Shown piece after piece: positions 31,570 to 42,573 of a stretch of 42,621 bases of DNA. Numbering within the stretch: the stretch's first letter is position 1; every line of letters begins with the position of its first letter. The notes below the pieces were generated by a model. The model saw nothing but the letters and a program-made list of their open reading frames with translations, was not told the DNA's origin and did no database searches. Origin of the DNA: Stramenopiles sp. TOSAG23-2 (Eukaryota); NCBI GenBank assembly GCA_900128395.1, contig LT649299.1, positions 1-42,621 of the forward strand, in the 5' to 3' direction. The translations under genes and the position numbers were made by a program.

Positions 31570-33100
31570 ATGCCATTCAAATTTAACAAGCGAGATGTTT
31601 TGCTTGTAACAGCTGGCGCGGTTGGTGCTTCTATTGCTACCTACGTATATTTATATTATAATAATAATAAAGTGACAAATAAAAGGATTGCCAATAATAA
31701 TAATAATAATAATAATAATAATCATAAGAAGAAGAATATTATTAAACCTTCTGAATCATCTTCTGCTTCTACTAAAATAAAAACTGGAAAAACATCTGGA
31801 ACGTATCTTATTCGTGCTCCAGTACTTCGCGAGTTTGTTGCTAAAGTATTGGTAAAGTGTGGTTGCTACAAAGAAGATGCGAAGAAAGCTGCAAAGGTAT
31901 TGATATTAGCTGATTTAAGGGGGATTGACTCTCATGGAATTGCAAGATTGATGGCCTACTTTTCAATGTTAAAAAATAATATAATTAACCCAAAACCAAG
32001 GATTAGAATAATTAAAGAAACTGCTTCGACTGCAACGGTAGATGGAGATAATGGCTTAGGATTGATTGTTGGACCAAAATGTAACGAAATTGCAATGGAA
32101 AAAGCAGAAAAAGTTGGCAGTGGATGGGTTAGTGTACGAAATACCCACCACTATGGAATTGCTGGTAGTTATTCTCTTGAATGTTTGAAAAAAGATATGA
32201 TTGGCATATCGATGACAAATTCAGGATCGGTGGTTGCTCCGTTATATGGTAAAAAACGATATTTAGGGACAAATCCAATTGCAATTGCATTTCCTTGTAC
32301 AAATAAAGGTCGACCAATGATTATTGATATGGCCACTTCCGTAGTGCCTTGGGGGAAAGTTGAAGAATGTTCCAGAACAGGGCAAAATTTAGAAGGAAAT
32401 TGGGCAATCGATTCAGATGGATTGGAGTGTACAGATCCTGATAAAGTATTAGGCGAAGGTGCTTTGATGAATTTAGGTGGTCATCGAATTAATAGTGGAC
32501 ATAAAGGTTATTGTTTAGCAGCTATGGTTGATATATTATGTGCAGTTCTTAGTGGTGGAAATTGGGGGCCCACCGTAGATGGGTTTACTACAAATGCAGT
32601 CAATTATGGTGATTCAACAAAAAGTAATAATGATGGGGATGATAATAAAAAAGAAGAGTCAACAACAATACATCAACGTGTAAATGGAAACAAATGCAGT
32701 CAATTATGGTGATTCAACAAAAAGTAATAATGATGGGGATGATAATAAAAAAGAAGAGTCAACAACAATACATCAACGTGTAAATGGAATTGGACATTTT
32801 TTTGGTGCAATGAGAATCAATGGTTTTCGTCCAGTAAATGAATTTCAACAAACAATGGATTTATGGATTAAAACATTTCGTAATTGTCCTCCAATTGATG
32901 AAACGCAACCTGTTTTGATACCAGGAGATCCAGAATATAAAGCATCGCTTGAGAGAACAAAAAATGGTATACCTGTGAAATTATCTGTTTGTTGTGATTT
33001 ACAAGATATTGCATCGGAATTAAATATACCTCCACCTTTTGATGTAAACAACATGCCTGATTTAAAGAATGTAAAAAGGGTTATTATAGATGCAACTTAA
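31570..33100 (+). CDS. Ldh_2-family (malate/L-lactate/sulfolactate/ureidoglycolate-type) dehydrogenase, interrupted by a 100-bp tandem duplication
   Basis: ADLRGIDSHG, VDGDNGLG, RNTHHYG, LGTNPIAIAFP, DMATS, HKGYCLA, GHFFGA, VLIPGDPE; N-terminal hydrophobic anchor; removing one repeat copy joins the two ORFs. Confidence 0.9.
32590..32789 (+). repeat. Exact 2 x 100-bp tandem duplication
   Basis: 32590-32689 is identical to 32690-32789; causes the frameshift. Confidence 0.95.
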
Positions 33101-33174
33101 AAAAGAATAAAAGAGTGGGGTAGGTGGGATTAAATTTTAAAAAAAATATTTAAAAAAAATTTTTTTTATATTTT

Positions 33175-33951
33175 TTAAATATTTTTCATATTATAACACG
33201 CTACGAAAAAAATGTACACTAAAATATTTTTATTATGCATACGAGAAGTATCAAATAGACGGCACTTAACATTACTTTCTCCAGTAATAACAAAATGTTC
33301 ATTGTCTTTCATTTCTATTATTTTATTATCTTTATGAGTAAGATCATTTACTCTCTGCTGCTGCTGCTGCTGCTGTTTTTTCTTGTTCCTAGTATTTACC
33401 CTGGCTTTCATTTTACTACGTTTTAATATATCATTGACAGCTTGACGCTTCCGTCGTGCTACTTCTTTTTCCCATCGATGCAAAAAGGTATATGTATTGC
33501 CTAGATCGCATAAATCTTTTGGGATTTTTCCATCAAATGTTTTTGCTTCCGTATTTGCATTTGCATCTATTGCTAAAAATCTAACTAGATCTTCATGCTC
33601 ATTATGTGCAGCATAATGCAACGCCGTCCAACCCAATACATGATTTCTTGAATCTATATTTGCACCATATTCCAAACATCGCTTGACTATTTTTAATTTA
33701 CCTAATTTCGCAGCTTTATGCAATCGTTCATTTAATCGTACATCAGGCCCAACTAAATCATCAAAATATTCACCACCGATATTATGGAAAACTTTATCAT
33801 TATCACCAACGATACTATATGGTCCATGTTTTGAAAAATATGCAAATGGATCTGATCTTGCTTTTCTTGGCAATGTTATATGTTGTTGTTCTGGTTTTTT
33901 CATACGTTTTTTTTTCGTATGTTTTTTCATTCTTTTTTTCATTTTTTTCAT
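33175..33951 (-). CDS. Ankyrin-repeat protein
   Basis: LHKAAKLGKLKIVKRCLEYGANID, GWTALHYAAHNEHEDLVRFL..ANANTEAKTFDGKIPKDL. Confidence 0.85.
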   Translation of the reverse strand: MKKMKKRMKKHTKKKRMKKPEQQHITLPRKARSDPFAYFSKHGPYSIVGDNDKVFHNIGGEYFDDLVGPDVRLNERLHKAAKLGKLKIVKRCLEYGANIDSRNHVLGWTALHYAAHNEHEDLVRFLAIDANANTEAKTFDGKIPKDLCDLGNTYTFLHRWEKEVARRKRQAVNDILKRSKMKARVNTRNKKKQQQQQQQRVNDLTHKDNKIIEMKDNEHFVITGESNVKCRLFDTSRMHNKNILVYIFFVACYNMKNI

Positions 33952-34628
33952 GTTGCTATATTTACTAAATAGACACTATAAAAATCTGTTTGTATTTATC
34001 CAAGTTGTGTTATAAATGCTTTCTTTGTATAACATGTTCACATGTGTCGTCTTTAGTCGTGTATACAAGGGCATTCTGTAGATTATATATATCTATCTAT
34101 CTATATAGACTATATAAACATCTATGGTACAATAGCTACAATTACAATTGTACACACAAAGGTGACATGTACAGTATAGTAGCTACAAGGCACAACCAAG
34201 GCAAGGTTTTTGTCATGATGATATGTGTGCATTCCAACGAATTAATATAGTAGCTAAAATATAATATATCTATTTTCCTTAATAGCGGCGGTAGTCGTCG
34301 GTCTTCTATTATAGTTTTTTTTATTTTTTTATTTAAAAAAGTTTAAATTTTAAAAAGACTATATACGCATCTTGGTATACAGATTTACATCACACATACA
34401 AATATAGATATACATATACATATAATATTTAAGCTAAAATGTTTCACCATCTATTAGGATAAATACGTATCAAGAATAAGCGAAAAGTTGCTGCTTCATA
34501 TTTTGGATGTAATAAAATTCATATTTACAATCTATATAATATAATACACACTGGTTTCAAAATTATTATAATTTATTAAAAGATCGACTAAATATAATAA
34601 TAATAATAATATAGTACAAAGAACAACA

Positions 34629-37196
34629 ATGAAACCGAGAAAAAAAGGTGTGGCGTCTGCTGCTGGGGAAGTGGATGATCAACAAATCGTTGCAAAAGGA
34701 TTTAAAGGGAGGGGGTATGTACCAACACCACGTTCACAACTTGTCAATTTATCATACAATCAATTAAATTTACGGCGTAGAAAAATTATTTCCAAAATTG
34801 AAGGTTTAAAAGATTCAATAAAAGCGTTACGTTGCGATCCAGAAATGTTACAAGTTGCATATGAGCAAAATATAAATTTACAAAATAGGGATATAGAACC
34901 ACCATTGCCACCACCATTTGTACCAAATTTAGATGAAGTTAGTGAATATCAATTAATTGTTGATCCAAAAACATTAATTGAAGAGAGTGTATTATCATAT
35001 AATGAATATGCCAGAGAACGTTTGCGTGTTATATTTGACTTATTTGACCATCGAGAAAATGGATCTTGGAATTTGCATGATTTTGCAACGTATTGTACAC
35101 AATCATTGAGGCAGGAGGAATTTCAGCATGAATTATTTAGTCAAAGAACATATGAAACGATTATTTTAAAACGATATGCAAGTGCACAAAAAAAAATTGG
35201 TTTAGATTATGAAGGTTTCGTACGTTTGCATTGGGATTGTAGATTGACACGAACTTTACATGATGATTTAGGTATTTTGGAAATGGATTTACGTAATATA
35301 AAAGATAGAGAAAAAGAACGAATATATAATTCAATAAATTTAATAAGTAAAACAATGCCAATTCAAGTTTTGTTACCGGGAAAAACAAGGAAATTTTTAG
35401 AGAAAGAAGCGAGGAAAGAAGTACGAAGACAAGAAAGAGCAGGTGAACGTATACGAAAACCGAAAATACCACAATATTTAGAGTTGCCAGATGGTGCTGT
35501 TTTACCAGAACATGTACGTTTATTTGTATATGACTTGTATCAAATAGTTATAACGAAGGAACATGGACGTGAAATCATTTGTAAATATGGATGGACGGAT
35601 GATGTTCCATATGTTTTAATCGATGATTTAGTTATTCAAATCATGAAAGATACGCAATATATAACTTTATCAGAAATAATCAGAAAAGAGGAAGAGAAAA
35701 CACAAAAAGAATTACAAGAAAAAATGAAAGCATTAAATGATAATAAAAACAAAAGAAGAAACAATCGCAATAACAATAAGGATAATAATAATACTGAAAC
35801 AAAGAAAAAGAAAAAGGATCGTAATAATAAGAAAAATGGAAATAATATTTTAAATAAAAAAAGAAATTCTGGAGGATATGTACAAATCGTACCATTTGTT
35901 AAAGAAAAATTACAGCATGATATGCATTATTTTATTCAAAAAACTGCTTTACGTGTAAAGGTAAATTGTTTACTATTTAAAGGTAGAATGGAAGCAATTG
36001 GTAAAACATATGAAAAGCGTAGAGCAACGGATCCATTACCATTAAAGAAGAAAAAAAAGAAAAAGTTAGCCGCTTTACAAGTAGGAAAAGTTGATGATGA
36101 TCGATTAAAATCAGGCGTTGTATTGCAAAGTGAAATAGTCATTGGGGATGTTGATAAACGTATGTTTTCCAACGCATTGGGTGCTGAAAATCTTGTTATA
36201 ATGCAAGTGGATTGGTTAAAATTAGAAGCAACGGATTTAACAGAATTATTAGATTCAATTGAAGCACCAGACAAAGTTGAAACATTTATAACGGTTGATT
36301 TTGCTGTGCATGATTTCATCCCATCGGATCGTTTAGATACATTGGAAATGGGGTTTCGTGGAATTTTAAATAAATATTTAAAGCCTATTTTTCAGGAAAT
36401 ACCACAATATGATTCATTCACAATTGAATTGGTTGAAGGTGAAGGTACTCGTGTATATCGATTATGTATTTTTTTCGCTGGTAAAGCTATGCATATTAGA
36501 GGAGCGTTTGGTTTTTATATGCCTATTGCAAATTTATTACGCAGTTTATCAATTCGTTTTGATATATCACCTGGGGAGAAGAACATATTTTCACAAAATC
36601 GTGCAAAATTAGCAATATTAAATGATATCTTTAAATTACGTGGTAGCATGTCATTTACACTTCCGCGTAAACATATATTGGAATTTTTAACGTGTTTAAT
36701 GGAAGCAATTGATGAAAATCCAAATATTTTGCCTTATAAATATACAAAAGAATTTGCAAAATGGTTCCATGATTTCATTGAATGGATGGATATGCATGAA
36801 AGTGAAATAACTATGGTTACGTTATTACATTATATCAATGAATGTACATGGTTTCATGATCTTGTTGGGAGTAAATATATAGCAAAATTGGGTGAAATTT
36901 TAGAAAATCCAGGTGGGTTTGTTAAATATATTGAAGAATTATGGCAAGAAATGTTGTATATGAATTTTGAAGATACCCAAGGTCACGTTCGACGTGGTTT
37001 GCATCATTATAAGCAAAACGAATATACAAAACTTGATTATGATTTAGTATGTTTACATGGTTTGTTTGTTGATTCGATCAAAGGAATTGCAAAAGTGCAA
37101 TTTCAATGTTCCGAACGTGGATTGAAGTTTACCATGACAAATATGCAAACGCAATTGTTTAGTAAAATGGTGTTGCATAATCCTGGTGGTAAATAA
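34629..37196 (+). CDS. Hypothetical 855-aa protein with EF-hand-like pair
   Basis: LRVIFDLFDHRENGSWNLHDF and degenerate GLDYEGFVRLH; uninterrupted long ORF. Confidence 0.75.
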   Translation: MKPRKKGVASAAGEVDDQQIVAKGFKGRGYVPTPRSQLVNLSYNQLNLRRRKIISKIEGLKDSIKALRCDPEMLQVAYEQNINLQNRDIEPPLPPPFVPNLDEVSEYQLIVDPKTLIEESVLSYNEYARERLRVIFDLFDHRENGSWNLHDFATYCTQSLRQEEFQHELFSQRTYETIILKRYASAQKKIGLDYEGFVRLHWDCRLTRTLHDDLGILEMDLRNIKDREKERIYNSINLISKTMPIQVLLPGKTRKFLEKEARKEVRRQERAGERIRKPKIPQYLELPDGAVLPEHVRLFVYDLYQIVITKEHGREIICKYGWTDDVPYVLIDDLVIQIMKDTQYITLSEIIRKEEEKTQKELQEKMKALNDNKNKRRNNRNNNKDNNNTETKKKKKDRNNKKNGNNILNKKRNSGGYVQIVPFVKEKLQHDMHYFIQKTALRVKVNCLLFKGRMEAIGKTYEKRRATDPLPLKKKKKKKLAALQVGKVDDDRLKSGVVLQSEIVIGDVDKRMFSNALGAENLVIMQVDWLKLEATDLTELLDSIEAPDKVETFITVDFAVHDFIPSDRLDTLEMGFRGILNKYLKPIFQEIPQYDSFTIELVEGEGTRVYRLCIFFAGKAMHIRGAFGFYMPIANLLRSLSIRFDISPGEKNIFSQNRAKLAILNDIFKLRGSMSFTLPRKHILEFLTCLMEAIDENPNILPYKYTKEFAKWFHDFIEWMDMHESEITMVTLLHYINECTWFHDLVGSKYIAKLGEILENPGGFVKYIEELWQEMLYMNFEDTQGHVRRGLHHYKQNEYTKLDYDLVCLHGLFVDSIKGIAKVQFQCSERGLKFTMTNMQTQLFSKMVLHNPGGK

Positions 37197-37685
37197 AAAT
37201 TTTACGAAGTATGATACTCGGTAATTAAGAGTAATATGTTGTATCAGTATTTGATAATTCTTTTATTCCCCTTCAAATCTATCAAAAGAAAATAATACAA
37301 CTAAGCTATACAGTCTGCGTACGCACGTACGACTCTTTCTTAAAACCTTAAGTTTTGGGGGGGAATTCGGCCTCAAGGCTGTCCGTTACGCTTTTATATT
37401 CTATTTTTTCCAAAAATAAACTTATTGCCAAATAGTAGGTCAGCCACACAGGTCAGCACCTTGAAATAGTAAATGACCTACAAAATAAAAAAAATATGTA
37501 TTTAATCAACAAGGTCTGATTGTCATGTTTCGTTGTTGTTATAAAAATATTGAGAGATAATTGTATTATATTATTAATGTACATAGTGATATTTACATTT
37601 TATTAAAATAATAAAACAGTGTGAAATATATATATATATATATATATTTAATTAAATCAGAATTTTCTAATTTTGAAGTGAAATC

Positions 37686-38369
37686 ATGTCAAAATCAAAT
37701 GTGAAAATCAATCCATCCTTATCCAAAAAAAACGACATTTGTAACAGTGATGATATAAAATCATGGGGGACAGAAATGAAACCTAATAATACAAGTTCTA
37801 GATGTCGTCGAGGGGAAAACTTGGTAAATATAAAAGATGAATGGGAACATCAACATAAAATTGATTTAAAGAAATCAGGATGTTGCACAGCAATGTTGCA
37901 TAAACCTGGGGGTATAGGCCTTGCCAGGAATATTGGTGATCATATGAAGCGAGATGATTTACGGCATCGAATGTATGGACCCAAGGCAAGGGTACATAGA
38001 ATGCCAGATTATTCACAAGACTTATTTCGCAAACATTTTAATCTAAAACATATTAACGAGGCTTTAAACCCACTTGGTTTCTTCGGGAAATTTAAACAAA
38101 AAGTTACTGCATGGCATAAAAGTGATTGGCATTTTCGCATGGCTTTTTTAGAAGTATGCTTACTTCAACCAATAGTTTGGTTTTATGTCTTGTTGTTTTT
38201 TTCTGCGTTTGCATTTTGTCGTACTACACGTGAATATTTAGAAGTTGGTTTGTGCGATGGGAGTGCTCGGGAAGACCTAATAGAAATCATGTCAGGCACC
38301 AATGTTTTAAATGCTTTCTTATTTGTTTTCTATATTCAGCGTTGTTATAAATGGTTTATACCTTATTAG
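37686..38369 (+). CDS. Membrane protein, possibly a 3'-truncated bestrophin-like channel
   Basis: Two hydrophobic segments; FLFVFYIQRCYKWF resembles the bestrophin/YneE TM2-exit motif; ORF stops immediately afterwards. Confidence 0.4.
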   Translation: MSKSNVKINPSLSKKNDICNSDDIKSWGTEMKPNNTSSRCRRGENLVNIKDEWEHQHKIDLKKSGCCTAMLHKPGGIGLARNIGDHMKRDDLRHRMYGPKARVHRMPDYSQDLFRKHFNLKHINEALNPLGFFGKFKQKVTAWHKSDWHFRMAFLEVCLLQPIVWFYVLLFFSAFAFCRTTREYLEVGLCDGSAREDLIEIMSGTNVLNAFLFVFYIQRCYKWFIPY

Positions 38370-38404
38370 ATCTTCCAGGTCCAAATCTACGTTTTCCCAG
38401 GAAG

Positions 38405-38514
38405 ACTAGAGCTAGCTAGCTCTAGCTGGCTAGCTCTAGCTCTAGCCTGGCGAGCTACTGTATTTGTAGCTCTAGCTCTAGCTAGCTAGCTAGCTCTAGC
38501 TACGTAGCTAGCTC
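38405..38514. repeat. TAGC/TAGCTC simple-repeat cluster
   Basis: CTAGAGCTAGCTAGCTCTAGCTGGCTAGCTCTAGCTCTAGC...; amplified form of the TAGAGCTA motif seen in other intergenic regions. Confidence 0.8.
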
Positions 38515-38953
38515 CCACAGAGCTGATGTGGCAATTTAAAATTCAATATTTATATTGATACCTGTTGTATTATTATTAGTATTCAAGTTTTTTTAACAGT
38601 TGTACAGGTACTAGAGCTACAGTATAATACTGTATCTACAGTAGTATACCAGGACTACCAGACCAGCGTTTTAGAGAGGATCCTCTCTCTATAAAACCAG
38701 CGTCGTCAGACGACTCTTTCTCGAAAAAGAAAAGTGCAAAATAATTTCAATAATAATAATAATAATAGTAATACTATTTATATTATAGCACTATATATAT
38801 TTTATATATACCTGTATTAACATCATCTCAACTTTGATTACATTGTTCTTTCTTACTATTTATGTCGTTTACACTGTTTTATCACTTTTTCCATCTTAGA
38901 TTAGTCTGGTAGCATCGTATGCAGCACCTGTACAAATTTTTGTTTTTCATTAT

Positions 38954-39517
38954 ATGGCATACTTGAAAAAACGAAGCGCACGTGTATCAAAAGGATTGCG
39001 AATATTAGCAGCTATAAGATTAAAAGAAACTGATGGCATGCCCGTTGAAATTGAGAAAAATATATACATAGGAAGTATTGGGGCAGCTATTAATAACGAT
39101 AAATTGCTTGAAATTGGCATCACGGACATATTATCATTATGTGGTGATATTGGATGTGAAAAAATGGACAATGTTGTGTATAAATATTATAATGTTTCTG
39201 ATAAACCAGAAAAAAACATGGAGTTACTTGTAATTTTGAAAGAGTGTATAAATTATATAGATCAAGTGATTAGTAAAAATGATAACAACAACAATAATAC
39301 GAAACGTAAAAAAATATTAATCCATTGCATGATGGGTAAATCACGGTCTGCGACGATTATTATAGCGTATTTAATGTATAAAAACAATATAGGGTGGATG
39401 GAAGCATTAAGATGTGTACGTGAAAAACGATCTATTGTCGAACCAAATCTAGGTTTCATAAGTTTATTGAAACAATTCGAAAAAGATCATTATCTCTGCA
39501 CATATGATATATCATAA
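38954..39517 (+). CDS. Atypical dual-specificity protein phosphatase
   Basis: IYIGS, general-acid loop VSD, catalytic IHCMMGKSRSATIIIAYLM, VREKRSIVEPNLGF. Confidence 0.93.
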   Translation: MAYLKKRSARVSKGLRILAAIRLKETDGMPVEIEKNIYIGSIGAAINNDKLLEIGITDILSLCGDIGCEKMDNVVYKYYNVSDKPEKNMELLVILKECINYIDQVISKNDNNNNNTKRKKILIHCMMGKSRSATIIIAYLMYKNNIGWMEALRCVREKRSIVEPNLGFISLLKQFEKDHYLCTYDIS

Positions 39518-39740
39518 CTGAAAAACTAACGAATATAAAAAATATAAATTTTAATTTAATATGGAGGGTATCATAGGAATTAATCATATCATATATCATA
39601 AGTAAATTAAAAAATAAAGTTATGCATTTTTAATAAACAAACATATTATATTAAAAATATTTATAAAAAAAATATTAAATTTTACGAACTTCGTATCATG
39701 TATAATGCATACCTTTCCAGCTTTCTGTACGTTTTATTTT

Positions 39741-40949
39741 TTAGATTTTTTTCACTTGAATATTTGGCAAAAATGCTTCTTCTTCTGTCATATCATATAT
39801 TAATCGACATAAATTACCATCAAGATGATTACCTTTAAACGCTTCTATTGCCTTGATTGGAATATACGCACGAACAACATATTCAATAGAGTTTACAAAC
39901 AATTCCCATTCAAACATTTTCAAACTTTCCATATCTTTTTTTTTCACAACAATATCATTTGGTTGTTTCATATTGTTGTGAAAATTTACATCCACAAAGT
40001 CAATGTGTCGCTTCAATTTTTTTTGCTTATTATTATTATTATTATTATTACTATGCATATTAGCAATAGTAGTATCATCATCAAATAAGAATGGGGATAA
40101 TTTATTTACAATATGTTTTGGTAATTTAGAAGCATCTTTTGGAACATGATTCAACCATACATTTACAAGCAATGATATACGCTTTGTATCATGAAGCAAT
40201 AAACCTTTCTTATTATTATTACTTGATGTTGATGATAATGATGGAATAAGTTCTGTGCATGCGGCATGTAGAAATCTACCATCAAATGTTATATGCCTTC
40301 CTTGTTTCGGCCAACTAATGTATACATTTTCACCTGCTTTGCCTTCAATTGAATCGGCATACATTGGCGGGGCTGTTTTTTCCATAATTATGGTTGGTGC
40401 TGCTTTTGGCAAGTTACTTATATACGTAACAGTTGCCATATGCGGGAAAATGGATACACCATGATGTTCTAAGTTATAATCTTTATCCCAATGAAAGCCT
40501 ACTCCACCATCATCAGGATCTACTACTAGTGTCCACCATTCTGCGCCCGATATCGTTGGGTCATAGTTTATACCTTTTGTATGGTGCCTAAAAATTCTTT
40601 TTACCAATTGCTCCAGCTTAGTCCTTGGTTTATCCTCAGATGCATACAAAAAGAAAGTATCACCAGAACTATAGTCATCGTCATCTTCCATCTCTCTGGC
40701 TGTAAAGGCGATATCGCAATCTTTACTAAGCGTTGCATACGATGCATCATCCATCCGTTCATCAAAAATATTTTCATAGCATTGAAAATCATAGTTTAAT
40801 GAACCGCCGAAAATTATCCTACCATGTTGATCTAAATTTATTGCAAGTTCTTCTTCTTCTTCTGAAGATGGACTCAAAGAATCTTCGTCGCTACTGTTAA
40901 TTTCTTTCTCTACTAAACGCTTTCGCTTCTTTTCTTGGATTTCATCCAT
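39741..40949 (-). CDS. Putative 2OG-Fe(II) dioxygenase-like protein
   Basis: GAEWW, FHWDKD (HxD), FDGRFLH (distal His), KRISLLVNVW (2OG-binding Arg strand). Confidence 0.65.
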   Translation of the reverse strand: MDEIQEKKRKRLVEKEINSSDEDSLSPSSEEEEELAINLDQHGRIIFGGSLNYDFQCYENIFDERMDDASYATLSKDCDIAFTAREMEDDDDYSSGDTFFLYASEDKPRTKLEQLVKRIFRHHTKGINYDPTISGAEWWTLVVDPDDGGVGFHWDKDYNLEHHGVSIFPHMATVTYISNLPKAAPTIIMEKTAPPMYADSIEGKAGENVYISWPKQGRHITFDGRFLHAACTELIPSLSSTSSNNNKKGLLLHDTKRISLLVNVWLNHVPKDASKLPKHIVNKLSPFLFDDDTTIANMHSNNNNNNNKQKKLKRHIDFVDVNFHNNMKQPNDIVVKKKDMESLKMFEWELFVNSIEYVVRAYIPIKAIEAFKGNHLDGNLCRLIYDMTEEEAFLPNIQVKKI

Positions 40950-42573
40950 GGTGATAATAAGTTATCATATAATATTGTAAATAGATATAGGTATGTCAAT
41001 ATATTATTATATATACTAGTAGTCGTCTATACAATAAATATATTTATATATTAATATTGCGGGTACTACCAGTATACCAACGCCAATATCAATTTAAAGG
41101 TGTAACAAGTAAAAGTGGGAATTACAACATTTACATCAACAATTTGAATGGTGGTAAATATATTCATCATCGTACACAGATTAGCACATTACAAAATATA
41201 ATATGTTTGTTGTTTTATATATTATTGATTATTATTTGACTAGCTATAGTACATCAGGTAGTGCTATAAAATAATCAGTGTTATTAGTATACCACATTGT
41301 GGCGTTGCATTGGGTAAAAAAAATTTCGATTAATTATTTTTACTTGTTTTCTAGATTTACAGGTGTACCAGGTAGTATTCAATTAAATTTTATTAAGGAC
41401 TCTCCTCAGACTCAGTGCAACAACAATTAGTTGTACCAGTTAGAGTACAGGTTAAGGTACGTGCGTACGTCAGTATCCAGTATCCAGTATCCATACTGTA
41501 CTGCTGTGTACTGTATGACATAAAGCTAAATTTAAATTAATATACTACTGTGTATAAATCTAATAAAACTATAAAACTTTTGTTTTTGAGCTACTAACAA
41601 CATACATCACGATTTATTTGTACGTGTCCGGACACATTTAAACTTTCCTTTCCATATATGTACACACAATTTGCAAATACAGTAATGGATTATCTCAACA
41701 CATATACGAAAATATAATATAATAATAAAAATCAAGACGAAAGTTTGATCGTATAATATGTAAATAAAAAGAAATGACATCGTTGATAAATAATGATAAA
41801 ATTGATCATAAAATTGTACAACATCTTTTTTGCCTTGTACAGTAAAATAATCTAAATAAATATTGAAAAATATTAATAATTGATATTTAATCTAATATAG
41901 ATAGATAGATAGATGAAATTAATGTTCGTTATTCTTTTTTTTATGATATTTATGTTTATGTACACACATATAATTTCCTGTTTAAATAATAATATTATAT
42001 CTACTATCATTTTCCATTATATTATGTCTATTTATTTCATTATTATTACTCTTTCTAGTACCTTAATTATTACATATTATTTACGTTATTATTAGTTATA
42101 TTTAGTTAGTAATTTTAAGTGATTCATAATTTTTAAGTTATCAATTGTTGTTTTATAGTAAGAACCTATTCGTAAGAATGTTTTGGGATCCACCACAATA
42201 AATATCAAAAATTCACTCGTCACATTTCTGCTTTCTGCTATCATCCATTGTATTTGCTTCTTATTTCTCTTTTACCACAAATATTAATATATCCTCCTTG
42301 GATACAAATACATATATTCAAAAGTATAGGATATAACTAACTGACAAACGAGAATTATTTCACAAACAAAATTTACATAAGATATATAATTGAAACATAT
42401 TCACATTTTTTATATATCACCGTTTAATTTTATTTGTTGTTGCTGTATTAACTCAACAGAAGAATTGATATCAATAAAAAATAAATTATTTTTTTACAAA
42501 CAACACACAAAATTTAAACATTTTCTTGAGAAAATTCGTTGAAAATTTATTAAAAAAACAAAAACAAAACAAA

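Noticed and set aside
38405-38690. TAGAGCTA and GTTTTAGAG resemble the Cas9 CRISPR repeat start
   Set aside because: No regularly spaced repeat-spacer array, no cas genes, eukaryotic context
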